Below are positions 1-8,045 of a stretch of 44,777 nucleotides of DNA, one piece after another. Numbering within the stretch: the stretch's first letter is position 1; each line of letters starts with the position of its first letter. Made by a program: the position numbers and the translations under genes. Source of the stretch: a virus (taxonomy: Duplodnaviria > Caudoviricetes); the IMG/VR virus record IMGVR_UViG_3300010269_000156, positions 1 to 44,777 of that record; one strand, given 5' to 3'. The notes beneath the pieces are model-generated. The model was not told where the DNA came from, did not search any database, and was given only the letters and a program-made list of their open reading frames with translations.

Positions 1-257
1 TCGTCCCCCTCCTCAAGTTTCTTTCTTTTGATTTTACTTAGGCTCCAAAGTTCTACCGTAGTAAAGGCGAACCAGGCTCCTACTAATGTTGAAGGCTCAC
101 TTCCTACCTGTAAATAAACATATAGAACCGCTGCAGTAAAGACTACATTTAATAGGATGACAAGTGTCACTATAAATTTTGAGAACCTCCCCCTCTTCTT
201 TTGCTTCCTTTTAAGGTTTAATAACTCCTCTAGGTCCTTCTCTGAAATCTTATCCAA
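1..257 (-). CDS. Small membrane protein of the lysis cassette (holin-like); runs off the window edge
   Basis: Not in the ORF track. Manual translation from TTG at 257: MDKISEKDLEELLNLKRKQKKRGRFSKFIVTLVILLNVVFTAAVLYVYLQVGSEPSTLVGAWFAFTTVELWSLSKIKRKK; two hydrophobic segments; overlaps the endolysin stop. Confidence 0.7.
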   Translation of the reverse strand, partial: MDKISEKDLEELLNLKRKQKKRGRFSKFIVTLVILLNVVFTAAVLYVYLQVGSEPSTLVGAWFAFTTVELWSLSKIKRKKLEEGD

Positions 258-894
258 GTTTCTTCACCAGCCTTTGCAGCACTACTGCCAATTCTTCTCG
301 TGTTACGGGATCCTTTGGCCTTTTCCCATCTAGATAACCTTCCTTTTGTGCCCATGCCCACTCTTTTTCAGCCCATTTTGATGGTTTGTTTTTATCTTCC
401 ACAACCTTCCCTCCTTGCCTTAAAAACATTAGTTCTTTGTTCACATTAAATTTGAACCTGTCCCACTCTTTCCAATTGTTCGCTGACATAATCCTCGGAC
501 AATTCTTTCCCGACCAGTCATAGTGTCGCCTTAGCTTGTCTACTCCCCAGTTTCTTTCATGTAACATTTTTGCTACTAATTTTACTGCATTGTCTAATGT
601 TTTTTCTCTATTTCCACTCTCACATATTTCTATTCCTATACTTGTATTATTACCTGCTGATGTGCCTGCATGATAAGCTACTTCATCTAAAGGGATAGCT
701 TCTACTGCCAATTTTTCATCAACTGCTATATGCCATGATGCTACTCTTGTATTTGAAGGATTTACAAGCCAATTTCTTTCATTCATAGCTGTAGATGTTG
801 GATTGCCTGTACTATGAATAGTTATATATTGTAAGTTTAATTTCTTACCTGGTCTTATTTTCCCTTTAGGGATATGATCCACTCTATATTCCAT
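250..894 (-). CDS. Endolysin, N-acetylmuramoyl-L-alanine amidase (Amidase_2) with short SLH-like C-terminus
   Basis: ITIHSTGN, SWHIAVD, AYHAG, SIGIEICE, RHYDWSGKNCP motifs; C-terminal SKWA...RPKDPVTREE. Confidence 0.92.
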   Translation of the reverse strand: MEYRVDHIPKGKIRPGKKLNLQYITIHSTGNPTSTAMNERNWLVNPSNTRVASWHIAVDEKLAVEAIPLDEVAYHAGTSAGNNTSIGIEICESGNREKTLDNAVKLVAKMLHERNWGVDKLRRHYDWSGKNCPRIMSANNWKEWDRFKFNVNKELMFLRQGGKVVEDKNKPSKWAEKEWAWAQKEGYLDGKRPKDPVTREELAVVLQRLVKKLG

Positions 895-905
895 TTTTTC
901 ACCTC

Positions 906-1160
906 CTAATTAAACAGTCCTTGCTGCACCGCATAAAAAAAGAAAGCTACAAAGCTTCCTACTAAAAGACCAATAAACCACTTCATAGTCTTATTTAAAT
1001 CTTCCAATTGTGTTATAAGGTTATTTAATCTTTCTTCCAATCTGCCATTTGCAAGTTCTATTCTATCTAGTCTTTCACTATGATTATTTAGCCTACGCTC
1101 ATGTATAGCTATCTTTTCATCTATTCTTTTATGTCTTTCGTCACAAATAGACTTTTCCAT
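906..1160 (-). CDS. xhlA: XhlA-family lysis membrane protein
   Basis: Coiled coil followed by a C-terminal TM segment (MKWFIGLLVGSFVAFFFY); start moved to ATG 1160 behind an AGGAGG RBS. Confidence 0.8.
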   Translation of the reverse strand: MEKSICDERHKRIDEKIAIHERRLNNHSERLDRIELANGRLEERLNNLITQLEDLNKTMKWFIGLLVGSFVAFFFYAVQQGLFN

Positions 1161-2256
1161 ATAGCACCTCCTGTTTTTGCCCTCTAATAAGCACAAAGTC
1201 GTTAAATATAGATTGCTTTAAATAATAACTATTGCAGTGTTTAAGTACACCTAGATAGCTCTGTACGGTTGCATTAACACTATCAAAATCAACTTCTCCT
1301 CTGGCATATGCCTTCTTTAAATATTTAAGCCTTTTCTTTATTTTCAAGGCAGTCTTTTTCTTTAATCTTCTATGAGTTGGCCAGATCTTAAACCCTACAA
1401 ATTCAATTCCTAAATTTATAGGCCTGATGCAGGTCTTTCTATTTAAGTGCAGCTTAAGCTCATTATTTAAGAAGTTTTCTACTTCCTTTTTTATCCAGTG
1501 CAAATGCTTCTTGTTATGGTGTAAAATAATAAAGTCATCCATATACCTGATATAGTACCTAATTCTTAATTCATGCTTACAGAATTGGTCCAGCTCATTC
1601 AGGTATATGTTGGCCAATAATTGACTTGTGAGATTGCCTATAGGCATTCCCTTATCGTATAGTCTTAAATGCCTAGGGCAGTCTCCAGGTTCTACTCCTA
1701 AAGGTAATCCAAAGGGTACATGGTCACTTTGGATTATTTCTTTTAATAGCCAGATTACATCCTTGTCCTTTATTTTCTTCTCAAATATATTTATGGCCAC
1801 TTCATGATCTACTCTATAGAAATACTTTGATATATCCATTTTTAAATAGTAGTACTTCTTTGATTTTCTATCCAATAGCTTAAGCCAGTGCTGCAATTGG
1901 TCTGCAGCCGCATGAGTTCCTTTTCCCATTCTACAAGCATATGAGTGCTCATAAAATCCCTTGTCGAATATTGGGAATAATACCCTATATACTGCCCATT
2001 GGACCACTCTATCTTTGAAAGGTAGAGCCATTATAAGTCGCTTTTTAGGTTCATATACATAAAATTCTCTGTATCTGCCAACTCTGTACATCTTCCAGAT
2101 TAGTTCATTTTGTATCTGGATTAGATTTTCCTCTAGATTTGCACTAAATTCTAGTACCTCTTGTCTATATCTTTTCCCTTTTCTGGCCTCTAGATAGGCC
2201 TGGTACAAGTTTTCAAAGTCATATATCTGCTCATACAAGTTGCCATACCTCTTCAT
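1141..2256 (-). CDS. DGR reverse transcriptase
   Basis: GMPIGNLTSQ (DGR-type SQ motif), RYMDDF (YxDD), KMDISKYF; 371 aa with no maturase or endonuclease domain; adjacent to TR and avd. Confidence 0.96.
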   Translation of the reverse strand: MKRYGNLYEQIYDFENLYQAYLEARKGKRYRQEVLEFSANLEENLIQIQNELIWKMYRVGRYREFYVYEPKKRLIMALPFKDRVVQWAVYRVLFPIFDKGFYEHSYACRMGKGTHAAADQLQHWLKLLDRKSKKYYYLKMDISKYFYRVDHEVAINIFEKKIKDKDVIWLLKEIIQSDHVPFGLPLGVEPGDCPRHLRLYDKGMPIGNLTSQLLANIYLNELDQFCKHELRIRYYIRYMDDFIILHHNKKHLHWIKKEVENFLNNELKLHLNRKTCIRPINLGIEFVGFKIWPTHRRLKKKTALKIKKRLKYLKKAYARGEVDFDSVNATVQSYLGVLKHCNSYYLKQSIFNDFVLIRGQKQEVLYGKVYL

Positions 2257-2281
2257 TTTCAGTCCTTCCTTGATGTTTTTA

Positions 2282-2428
2282 TGCTATGTGTAGCACTCTT
2301 CGAGAATTAACCTACTAACTGCTTCCATAGCAATTTATTTTTTTGCCTTGTTGGCAGGGAAACGAACCCCTTATTTCCCATGTACTGGACAAGGACCCGT
2401 AGGTCATTGCCTTCCGACTATGGAGATG
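2282..2428 (-). ncRNA. Putative structured 3' spacer of the DGR template RNA
   Basis: Lies between TR and RT; stems TGCTATG/CATAGCA (2282-2288 / 2326-2332) and GGGAAAT/GTTTCCC (~2357-2379). Role in cDNA priming is inferred from the BPP-1 DGR. Confidence 0.5.
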
Positions 2429-2539
2429 AGCGGAGCGGAAGCCCAGGATGTTGTTGGAGTTCGAACGGAAGTTGTTCAAGTCGACATAGAACACCCCAGC
2501 CCTAGCACCGTCGCCCCAGTTGCCGCCAAAGTAAGGCAT
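2429..2539 (-). repeat. DGR template repeat (TR)
   Basis: 111-bp ungapped match to 2997-3107 (offset 568); 19 adenines including 6 AAC codons, none at third codon positions. Confidence 0.97.
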
Positions 2540-2564
2540 ACATGGCCCGTTCCCCATACAAAGT

Positions 2565-2909
2565 CTATTTTTGGGTAGCTTTCATCCAGCCACCTAACAT
2601 CCTTCCAATTTCATTAAGCATTTTACTCCAATTTTCATATTTTCTAATTGGTAAGTATCTTAATTGTGGATCTGCTGCAAGCCTTATATAAGTCCTTAAG
2701 ACTTCCAGCTCTATATCTATGTCCTGTAAAGTAGTTTTTTTGTAATATCTTTTATTGGCTCTAATTATTAATTCTAATAATCTATACATTGAACTTCTTA
2801 TATCCGCTGCCATGACATGTTTTTCATACTTTGGAAACTGCTTGAGGCATATATTCCCGTATAAAATCATGTCATAGGTTTTCTGTAATATCTTAAAGTC
2901 TTCACTCAT
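2565..2909 (-). CDS. avd: DGR accessory variability determinant Avd
   Basis: 114-aa basic helical protein with QFPKYEK and EIGRMLGGW motifs, directly upstream of TR. Confidence 0.92.
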   Translation of the reverse strand: MSEDFKILQKTYDMILYGNICLKQFPKYEKHVMAADIRSSMYRLLELIIRANKRYYKKTTLQDIDIELEVLRTYIRLAADPQLRYLPIRKYENWSKMLNEIGRMLGGWMKATQK

Positions 2910-2940
2910 GTCAATCTCCTTGTCGCCATGAAATAGTTAG

Positions 2941-2958
2941 GGCCTGCTATCGCAGGCC
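2941..2958 (-). promoter_or_regulatory. DGR target-recognition hairpin/cruciform
   Basis: GGCCTGC-GATA-GCAGGCC on the coding strand: 7-bp GC-rich stem with a GRNA-type tetraloop, 23 bp downstream of the target stop. Confidence 0.85.
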
Positions 2959-2981
2959 TTTTCAGATTATCAGTAATCAGA

Positions 2982-4037
2982 TTACAGATCAATATAAGCG
3001 GAGCGGAAGCCCAGGAAGTTGTTGGAGTACGAACGGAAGTAGAGCAAGTCGACACAGAACACCCCAGCCCAAGCACCGCCGCCCCAGCTGCCGCCAAAGT
3101 AAGGCAGTCTTTCTCCGTTGTTACGAAGGTAATATCCATCTCCGCCATGATTACTGTCTATAGGATATAAGGCTAATGACTTCATGATCTGTGGTATGTC
3201 CACTTCTGATGCAGCTGTTAATGCCTCAAATGTATCTGTGAAATAATCAATACCATCGCCAGATTGGTTTACTATTTGGGTATTTACTCTAATTCCAGAA
3301 GCTGAAGCTTGTTTCCCGTCATACTTTAAAGTTCCTGGAGTACCTGGATCTACTAGAGTGCCATCTGGCAATATTGCTTTCCATAGAGTGCTATCAGGGC
3401 CTTGATTTACATGCATAGCTGCATTATTGTAGGGTATTATCTGGATCTCTCCATCTAATAGCCTTAAGCCTCCTATCCATTCATTAACATTCCCGTTTAG
3501 GTCATATATACCATCTACGGTTCCGTCATGAGTCCAGGATGCTGGCCCAGATCCTGTGGCCACTCTACCAGTTCTGCTATCGGTTGTTTGGTATGTTTCT
3601 ATTCCTCTTTCATGTTTTGCATCTATATCTCGGCCATAATCATTATTACCTCTAGGCATAGTGCCATTTTTCTTTGCCCATAAGGCTATAGCTGCCCTTT
3701 CTGCATTAGTCATGAGATGGAAGCCTGGTCCTTTGTTCTCACAATATTGTTTAGCTTGGTCAAATGTTATATATACCTTCGGATCCATGAGTGGTAAGCT
3801 ATAAGCTCTATCGTCTTTTACTATGTTTTGATATTTAGAAATATAGACGAAGTCCTTTTCTGCTCCATCTACAATAAATGCTGGATGAGTGTCTTGAGTT
3901 GCTCCGTCTATTAGGTCAGAGATCTTTAGCTTTGGTATCCTTACCATAAAGGAAGGCATACCTCTATCATCCAGGATAATGGTATTCTTTCCTCCTGAAA
4001 GTCCTTCTACTGCTAATTTCAACATATCATAACTCAT
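2982..4037 (-). CDS. DGR target protein, FGE-sulfatase/C-type lectin fold; probable receptor-binding (tropism) protein
   Basis: THPAF, YISKYQ, GIYDLNGNVNEW, GGSW, GFRSA motifs; VR at the C-terminus; likely start ATG 4037 (RBS AGGAGG, TAATG coupling). Confidence 0.9.
   Translation of the reverse strand: MSYDMLKLAVEGLSGGKNTIILDDRGMPSFMVRIPKLKISDLIDGATQDTHPAFIVDGAEKDFVYISKYQNIVKDDRAYSLPLMDPKVYITFDQAKQYCENKGPGFHLMTNAERAAIALWAKKNGTMPRGNNDYGRDIDAKHERGIETYQTTDSRTGRVATGSGPASWTHDGTVDGIYDLNGNVNEWIGGLRLLDGEIQIIPYNNAAMHVNQGPDSTLWKAILPDGTLVDPGTPGTLKYDGKQASASGIRVNTQIVNQSGDGIDYFTDTFEALTAASEVDIPQIMKSLALYPIDSNHGGDGYYLRNNGERLPYFGGSWGGGAWAGVFCVDLLYFRSYSNNFLGFRSAYIDL
2997..3107 (-). repeat. DGR variable repeat (VR)
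   Basis: 10 differences from TR, all at TR adenines (5 A>T, 3 A>G, 2 A>C on the coding strand; one of the A>C changes is at the edge of the alignment). Confidence 0.97.
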
Positions 4038-4375
4038 TACTGTATACCTCCTATCTCCCATAATGTTAATGTCACATTATCCATAGAGAATGGTACTGGC
4101 TCAAGTCTGATGGACTCCCCTTCCCCTTCAGGTCCGTCTCCATTCTCTATCTCTACTTCTACATATTGCCTTGCTGGTATGTGGATCTGTGCTACATATC
4201 TTCTGCCAAGGCCGAGAACAAGCATATTGAACTCATTTTCGCAGATATCTAGGTTTACATCGAAGTCTCTCTCATATTTTGCAAGGTCCAATATTAACTC
4301 GTCATTTAGGTTTAGTTTAGTCCCATTTACTGAATAGTAAATTTTGGGACCCACATTCTTTTCAATGACCTTCAT
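4037..4375 (-). CDS. Hypothetical tail-region protein upstream of the DGR target
   Basis: 112-aa ORF whose stop overlaps the target start. Confidence 0.75.
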   Translation of the reverse strand: MKVIEKNVGPKIYYSVNGTKLNLNDELILDLAKYERDFDVNLDICENEFNMLVLGLGRRYVAQIHIPARQYVEVEIENGDGPEGEGESIRLEPVPFSMDNVTLTLWEIGGIQ

Positions 4376-4376
4376 G

Positions 4377-4538
4377 TTAATCCCTCCAGTTCTTTTTCAA
4401 TTCATTCACTTTTTCCGCTATATATTCAGCCTTTTCCCTTTCTTCTTTAGTAGCAGCATTAGGATTGTATCCAAAGTCTTTTAAGATTTGCTCTTCCCTT
4501 TGCCTTCTTTCATCTGATCTAATAATTACATTAGCCAT
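4377..4538 (-). CDS. Small hypothetical protein (53 aa)
   Basis: Not in the ORF track; MANVIIRSDERRQREEQILKDFG...NWRD; RBS GGAGG; fills the operon gap exactly. Confidence 0.75.
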   Translation of the reverse strand: MANVIIRSDERRQREEQILKDFGYNPNAATKEEREKAEYIAEKVNELKKNWRD

Positions 4539-4984
4539 TACTGATACATACCTCCTTGTACATAGTACTTAATGGTTACATTCTTGGCAGATCCAGTGAA
4601 GGCAATCTTAAATCCATTCAGCTGCTTGTCTGTGACAATTACATTTCCTACTTCTCCATCTGCAGATATAACTTCTGTGATCACTCTATAGTTTAGATTG
4701 TCTCTCTGTTTCTGCAGAGCTATTGTCTTAATGGAATTATTGAAGGGAAAGGTCTCTGAATTGGTCAAGGCTACCTGTCCTATTTCTCCTTCAAGGTCCG
4801 CTAGTATTTGTTTTTGCTGGATTCCTTGTTGGAGCAACATAGTGGCCAGCAGGTGTGATTCTAATATGCCGCCTTCCATGCGGTTCATGTTCACCTCATC
4901 GTGAAGGGTACCCTCCTGCATTATGTCGCCATTCTGATCTATTACTTCATCCTGCCATCTTATGATGTCATATGACTTACTCAT
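4538..4984 (-). CDS. Putative short tail fibre/adaptor protein
   Basis: Follows the baseplate genes; N-terminal NMNRMEGGI motif reminiscent of baseplate-attachment domains; beta-rich C-terminus. Confidence 0.55.
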   Translation of the reverse strand: MSKSYDIIRWQDEVIDQNGDIMQEGTLHDEVNMNRMEGGILESHLLATMLLQQGIQQKQILADLEGEIGQVALTNSETFPFNNSIKTIALQKQRDNLNYRVITEVISADGEVGNVIVTDKQLNGFKIAFTGSAKNVTIKYYVQGGMYQ

Positions 4985-4999
4985 TCAAAGTCACCTCCG

Positions 5000-5293
5000 T
5001 TAACCGTTATAAGTGTACTCAAAGGCAGTCATAAAGCCTTGCCTTCTCACTTTTGTTATTTGGTCTGTTTGCTCATCTATAGCAGAGCCTCTATTGTCTA
5101 TTAGCTCTACTCTAGTTATTGTCTGCTCGGTTTGAGCTGCAGGTATATAGAATAGGATTCGGATTGTATTTCCATCCCTCTCTATCTTCCTAATTGGGAC
5201 TATTTCCTTTGTCCCATTAGAGAATGTTACTCTCGCCTCTCTTACCATAGCTTCTATACTGTCTAATACTCTTTGAATTCCATAATTGTTCAT
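5000..5293 (-). CDS. Hypothetical baseplate/tail protein
   Basis: 97-aa ORF coupled to the upstream gene; ITRVELID motif reminiscent of tail-fibre N-terminal domains. Confidence 0.6.
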   Translation of the reverse strand: MNNYGIQRVLDSIEAMVREARVTFSNGTKEIVPIRKIERDGNTIRILFYIPAAQTEQTITRVELIDNRGSAIDEQTDQITKVRRQGFMTAFEYTYNG

Positions 5294-6093
5294 TACACCA
5301 CCTCTATTCTTGTATACTTGAGGTTCTTACTGCAGACCAAAGGCTTTGAAGTCCCTATAGTCCTTCCAACTGTTTCAGTTATTGTGTTTTTGTCTATAAA
5401 TCCATTTATCCTGCTGACTAGTTTCTTACTGCATGCCAATGGTTTTGATATGCCATGGATAGTTCTTTTATCTATAGATATATGTTTCTTCCCTCTATAG
5501 CCTTTTGTGGCCATAAATTCCCTATCATCCCTGCTGCATACAAAGGTCCCTATAGCATGGATGATCTTTGAAAAGCCATAGATATCCCTTTTTTCTAAAC
5601 TGAAGGACCTTAAATAACTATTGCCAAGGACAAAGCTCTCATGTGAAGGCTTAATCCTTTTTATTTCTCTGTATAGGGCCAGGTAGTCTATACCTTTTTC
5701 CTTCGCTCCTACAATAACTCTGAATACATGAGGGTCGACATTCTCAAGTACCTCTACATATTCAGCTGCTTTTCCTGCTAGGGATTTAGTTACACTGGCT
5801 ATTCTAGCAGGTGTTACTGGAGTTTTTAGCTTTATCCTGGCTAATACCAGGGCTCTTCTTCTTTCTATGGGTATTGATTCATTGACTGGTATCTCCAATA
5901 GCTCTTCCCAGTATTTTAGGCCCCATGTGGCAGTTTGAGGAAATAACTGCAGCAATATCTCATCTACGATCCTTTCTACATCGTCCCATTCTTGCCCTAT
6001 TACCTGAAATATGGCCTGCATGACTCTTGATTGATAATATATAGGACTTACAGATCGAAACATTTGTTTCCCTTTGGGAGAAGTGATTATCAT
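5293..6093 (-). CDS. Baseplate wedge protein, YmfQ/XkdU (DUF2313)-like
   Basis: QTATWGLKYWEELL, IERRR, IKPSH motifs; follows baseplate J. Confidence 0.8.
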   Translation of the reverse strand: MIITSPKGKQMFRSVSPIYYQSRVMQAIFQVIGQEWDDVERIVDEILLQLFPQTATWGLKYWEELLEIPVNESIPIERRRALVLARIKLKTPVTPARIASVTKSLAGKAAEYVEVLENVDPHVFRVIVGAKEKGIDYLALYREIKRIKPSHESFVLGNSYLRSFSLEKRDIYGFSKIIHAIGTFVCSRDDREFMATKGYRGKKHISIDKRTIHGISKPLACSKKLVSRINGFIDKNTITETVGRTIGTSKPLVCSKNLKYTRIEVV

Positions 6094-7220
6094 AATATAG
6101 TCACCTCACCCAGGGCTGGGACTTCACCTATAGGTATTAAAATAGGATCCGTTCCTCCATTAATGGTTAAATTGCTATACATTTTAACACCTGGAGTGCT
6201 TAATATCACATGGCCGATTATTTCTCTATACACATACTCTACTCTTTCATCATCAGTTGTTATTTCTATAGATGCCAGGTATTCTTTTAGGTTTTCCTTT
6301 AGAGTATTAATAACTGCAATTTGATCATAATCGTCCTTAATAACTAAACTTACAGAGATATTAATAAGGATTATGTCTGGAGCTGCCACAGTTACATTAG
6401 CATTCACTGGAGCCAGTCCGCCTCTATTTTTAGTTGCCAGTGGAGCTATATACTCCTGTACTTGAGCTACTAGACTTTCATTCGCTGGCTGGCCATTAGA
6501 GTCCATGATTAGCACTTTAGTGGTGCCAGTGCCAAACCCTTCCCATTCAGGAATTACATATACTGCTCCGACTCCTGGAACTCTCTTGGCCCATTCTATA
6601 TAATCACTATCAGCTCCGCTTAAACTCTCATCATATGCAGCTAGGATCCTTTCCCTGAACGACTCATCGTCTTCTTCCTCCGTCCCACCTGTCATTGGAT
6701 CAGGATTAGTAATAGAGGTTATTCCTGGAATTGGCTTGTCTGGTATAGTTATTGTATTGGCAGCAACATTGCCTATAGTCCCAGCTTCTATACATTCAAC
6801 CTTTACCATAGCCTCCCCAGATTCGTCTATTTCCGTTGACTCTAGGACTTCAAACCCTATAGAAGGTTCGTCTGTAGACTCTGTGTATATTATTCTTCCT
6901 TTAGGGACATATGCTCCAGGATTGCCAGTAACTTTTAAATAGCCACTGGATTTAGTAGGAGGATTTCTTACCAAATCTTTTATTTCTCCATGAAAGTCTA
7001 GGTATTGGCCATAACTTGTTTGAGGGAAAGCAATTCTTAATATATTTTGTAGTTTAAGCTGCAGCAGTTCCGCTTTTTCTTCAGCTGTTGGCCTAGTTGC
7101 ATCATAGAAGAAGTCACCCTCTACTAGGTTTATGCCCTCTGGTGCGTTCTCCAGCATACGATTATGGATGGTATCTGCATCCTCTTGAAGGAAGTCTGGC
7201 ATCTCCAAATCTTTAGGCAT
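6090..7220 (-). CDS. Baseplate J/gp47-family protein (XkdT-like)
   Basis: GQYLD, GTIGNV, GGTEEEDDESFRER, DYIEWA...VPGV motifs. Confidence 0.92.
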   Translation of the reverse strand: MPKDLEMPDFLQEDADTIHNRMLENAPEGINLVEGDFFYDATRPTAEEKAELLQLKLQNILRIAFPQTSYGQYLDFHGEIKDLVRNPPTKSSGYLKVTGNPGAYVPKGRIIYTESTDEPSIGFEVLESTEIDESGEAMVKVECIEAGTIGNVAANTITIPDKPIPGITSITNPDPMTGGTEEEDDESFRERILAAYDESLSGADSDYIEWAKRVPGVGAVYVIPEWEGFGTGTTKVLIMDSNGQPANESLVAQVQEYIAPLATKNRGGLAPVNANVTVAAPDIILINISVSLVIKDDYDQIAVINTLKENLKEYLASIEITTDDERVEYVYREIIGHVILSTPGVKMYSNLTINGGTDPILIPIGEVPALGEVTIL

Positions 7221-7224
7221 TCCA

Positions 7225-7692
7225 TCACCTCATTTCTACAGTGTGTTCAAGAGTGAATAATTCGTCCAGGACTGTTATTACATCAAATTCAAAGTAAAGC
7301 TCTTCCTTGTTTTCATTCCATTCAAATCTGAAGTTTTGAACCGATTTTGTATATGGATGGACCATTAAGGCCTCCCTGGTCATTCTTTCTACTTCAAGCT
7401 CTATAGCCTCTTTACTTATAGGAGCTCCTATTAGCGTATAATACTCCTGGCCATAAACATCAGTATAGGCTAGATGTTTGCTTCTCTTTGTCAGCAGCAC
7501 CTTTTGGCACCACTGCTTGTATGCTTCTAATCTATCTACCAGCAATATCTTTCCGTCTGGCCCTCTTTTAAACTCTCCTTTTTCAAAGTCAAAGGCATAT
7601 GATTTTTTGAAATTCTCAATATTCTCGGTTTCATCTTCTACAAAATCTGTTATCTCAAAGTCCATATCTTCGGGAAATAAGTTATTTTCCAT
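7225..7692 (-). CDS. XkdS/DUF2634 baseplate protein
   Basis: AFDFEKGEF, QWCQKVLLT, YG.E, REALMVHP; synteny. Confidence 0.8.
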   Translation of the reverse strand: MENNLFPEDMDFEITDFVEDETENIENFKKSYAFDFEKGEFKRGPDGKILLVDRLEAYKQWCQKVLLTKRSKHLAYTDVYGQEYYTLIGAPISKEAIELEVERMTREALMVHPYTKSVQNFRFEWNENKEELYFEFDVITVLDELFTLEHTVEMR

Positions 7693-8045
7693 TAGATCAC
7701 CTTCCCTACTACTACATGGTCCGATCCATTGTTGACTATGGCCACCAGGACCCTGTCTCCTGGTTCAAGCTTTAGCTCGACCTTCATTTCCACTGCTATT
7801 TTATCCTGGCTAATATCGTATTTTGTATTGTACCAAAATACATTGTTTAGCTTTGCAGGTTCTATTTCTATCCAATTGGATGTCTGTATTCTCATAAAGT
7901 CCACTTCATGCTTAAAGTTGTCTAGTTTAAGTTTCATTGTTGGAGTTATGGTCCCGAACACAAGCCCTGTATTGAATAAGACAGAATTTATGCTTTTATT
8001 TTGCTGTCTTTGCAATTCTCTTGCTATCTCATTAAGAATTTGCAT
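7692..8045 (-). CDS. Putative baseplate spike-associated protein (XkdR-like)
   Basis: LEPGDRVLV motif; located between the hub and XkdS genes. Confidence 0.6.
   Translation of the reverse strand: MQILNEIARELQRQQNKSINSVLFNTGLVFGTITPTMKLKLDNFKHEVDFMRIQTSNWIEIEPAKLNNVFWYNTKYDISQDKIAVEMKVELKLEPGDRVLVAIVNNGSDHVVVGKVI

Larger units (their letters stand above)
1141..4037 (-). mobile_element. Diversity-generating retroelement: target(VR)-hairpin-avd-TR-RT
   Basis: All canonical parts present in order; TR/VR pair with adenine-only mismatches. Confidence 0.97.

Noticed and set aside
1-250. Second att junction or miaB 3' part
   Set aside because: This stretch encodes a phage membrane protein; the prophage continues beyond the window
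1141-2256. Group II intron or retron RT
   Set aside because: No maturase domain or retron VTG motif; avd and an adenine-specific TR/VR pair identify a DGR
2315-2557. 80-aa ORF over TR as a real gene
   Set aside because: Openness follows from TR mirroring the VR reading frame; no clear RBS
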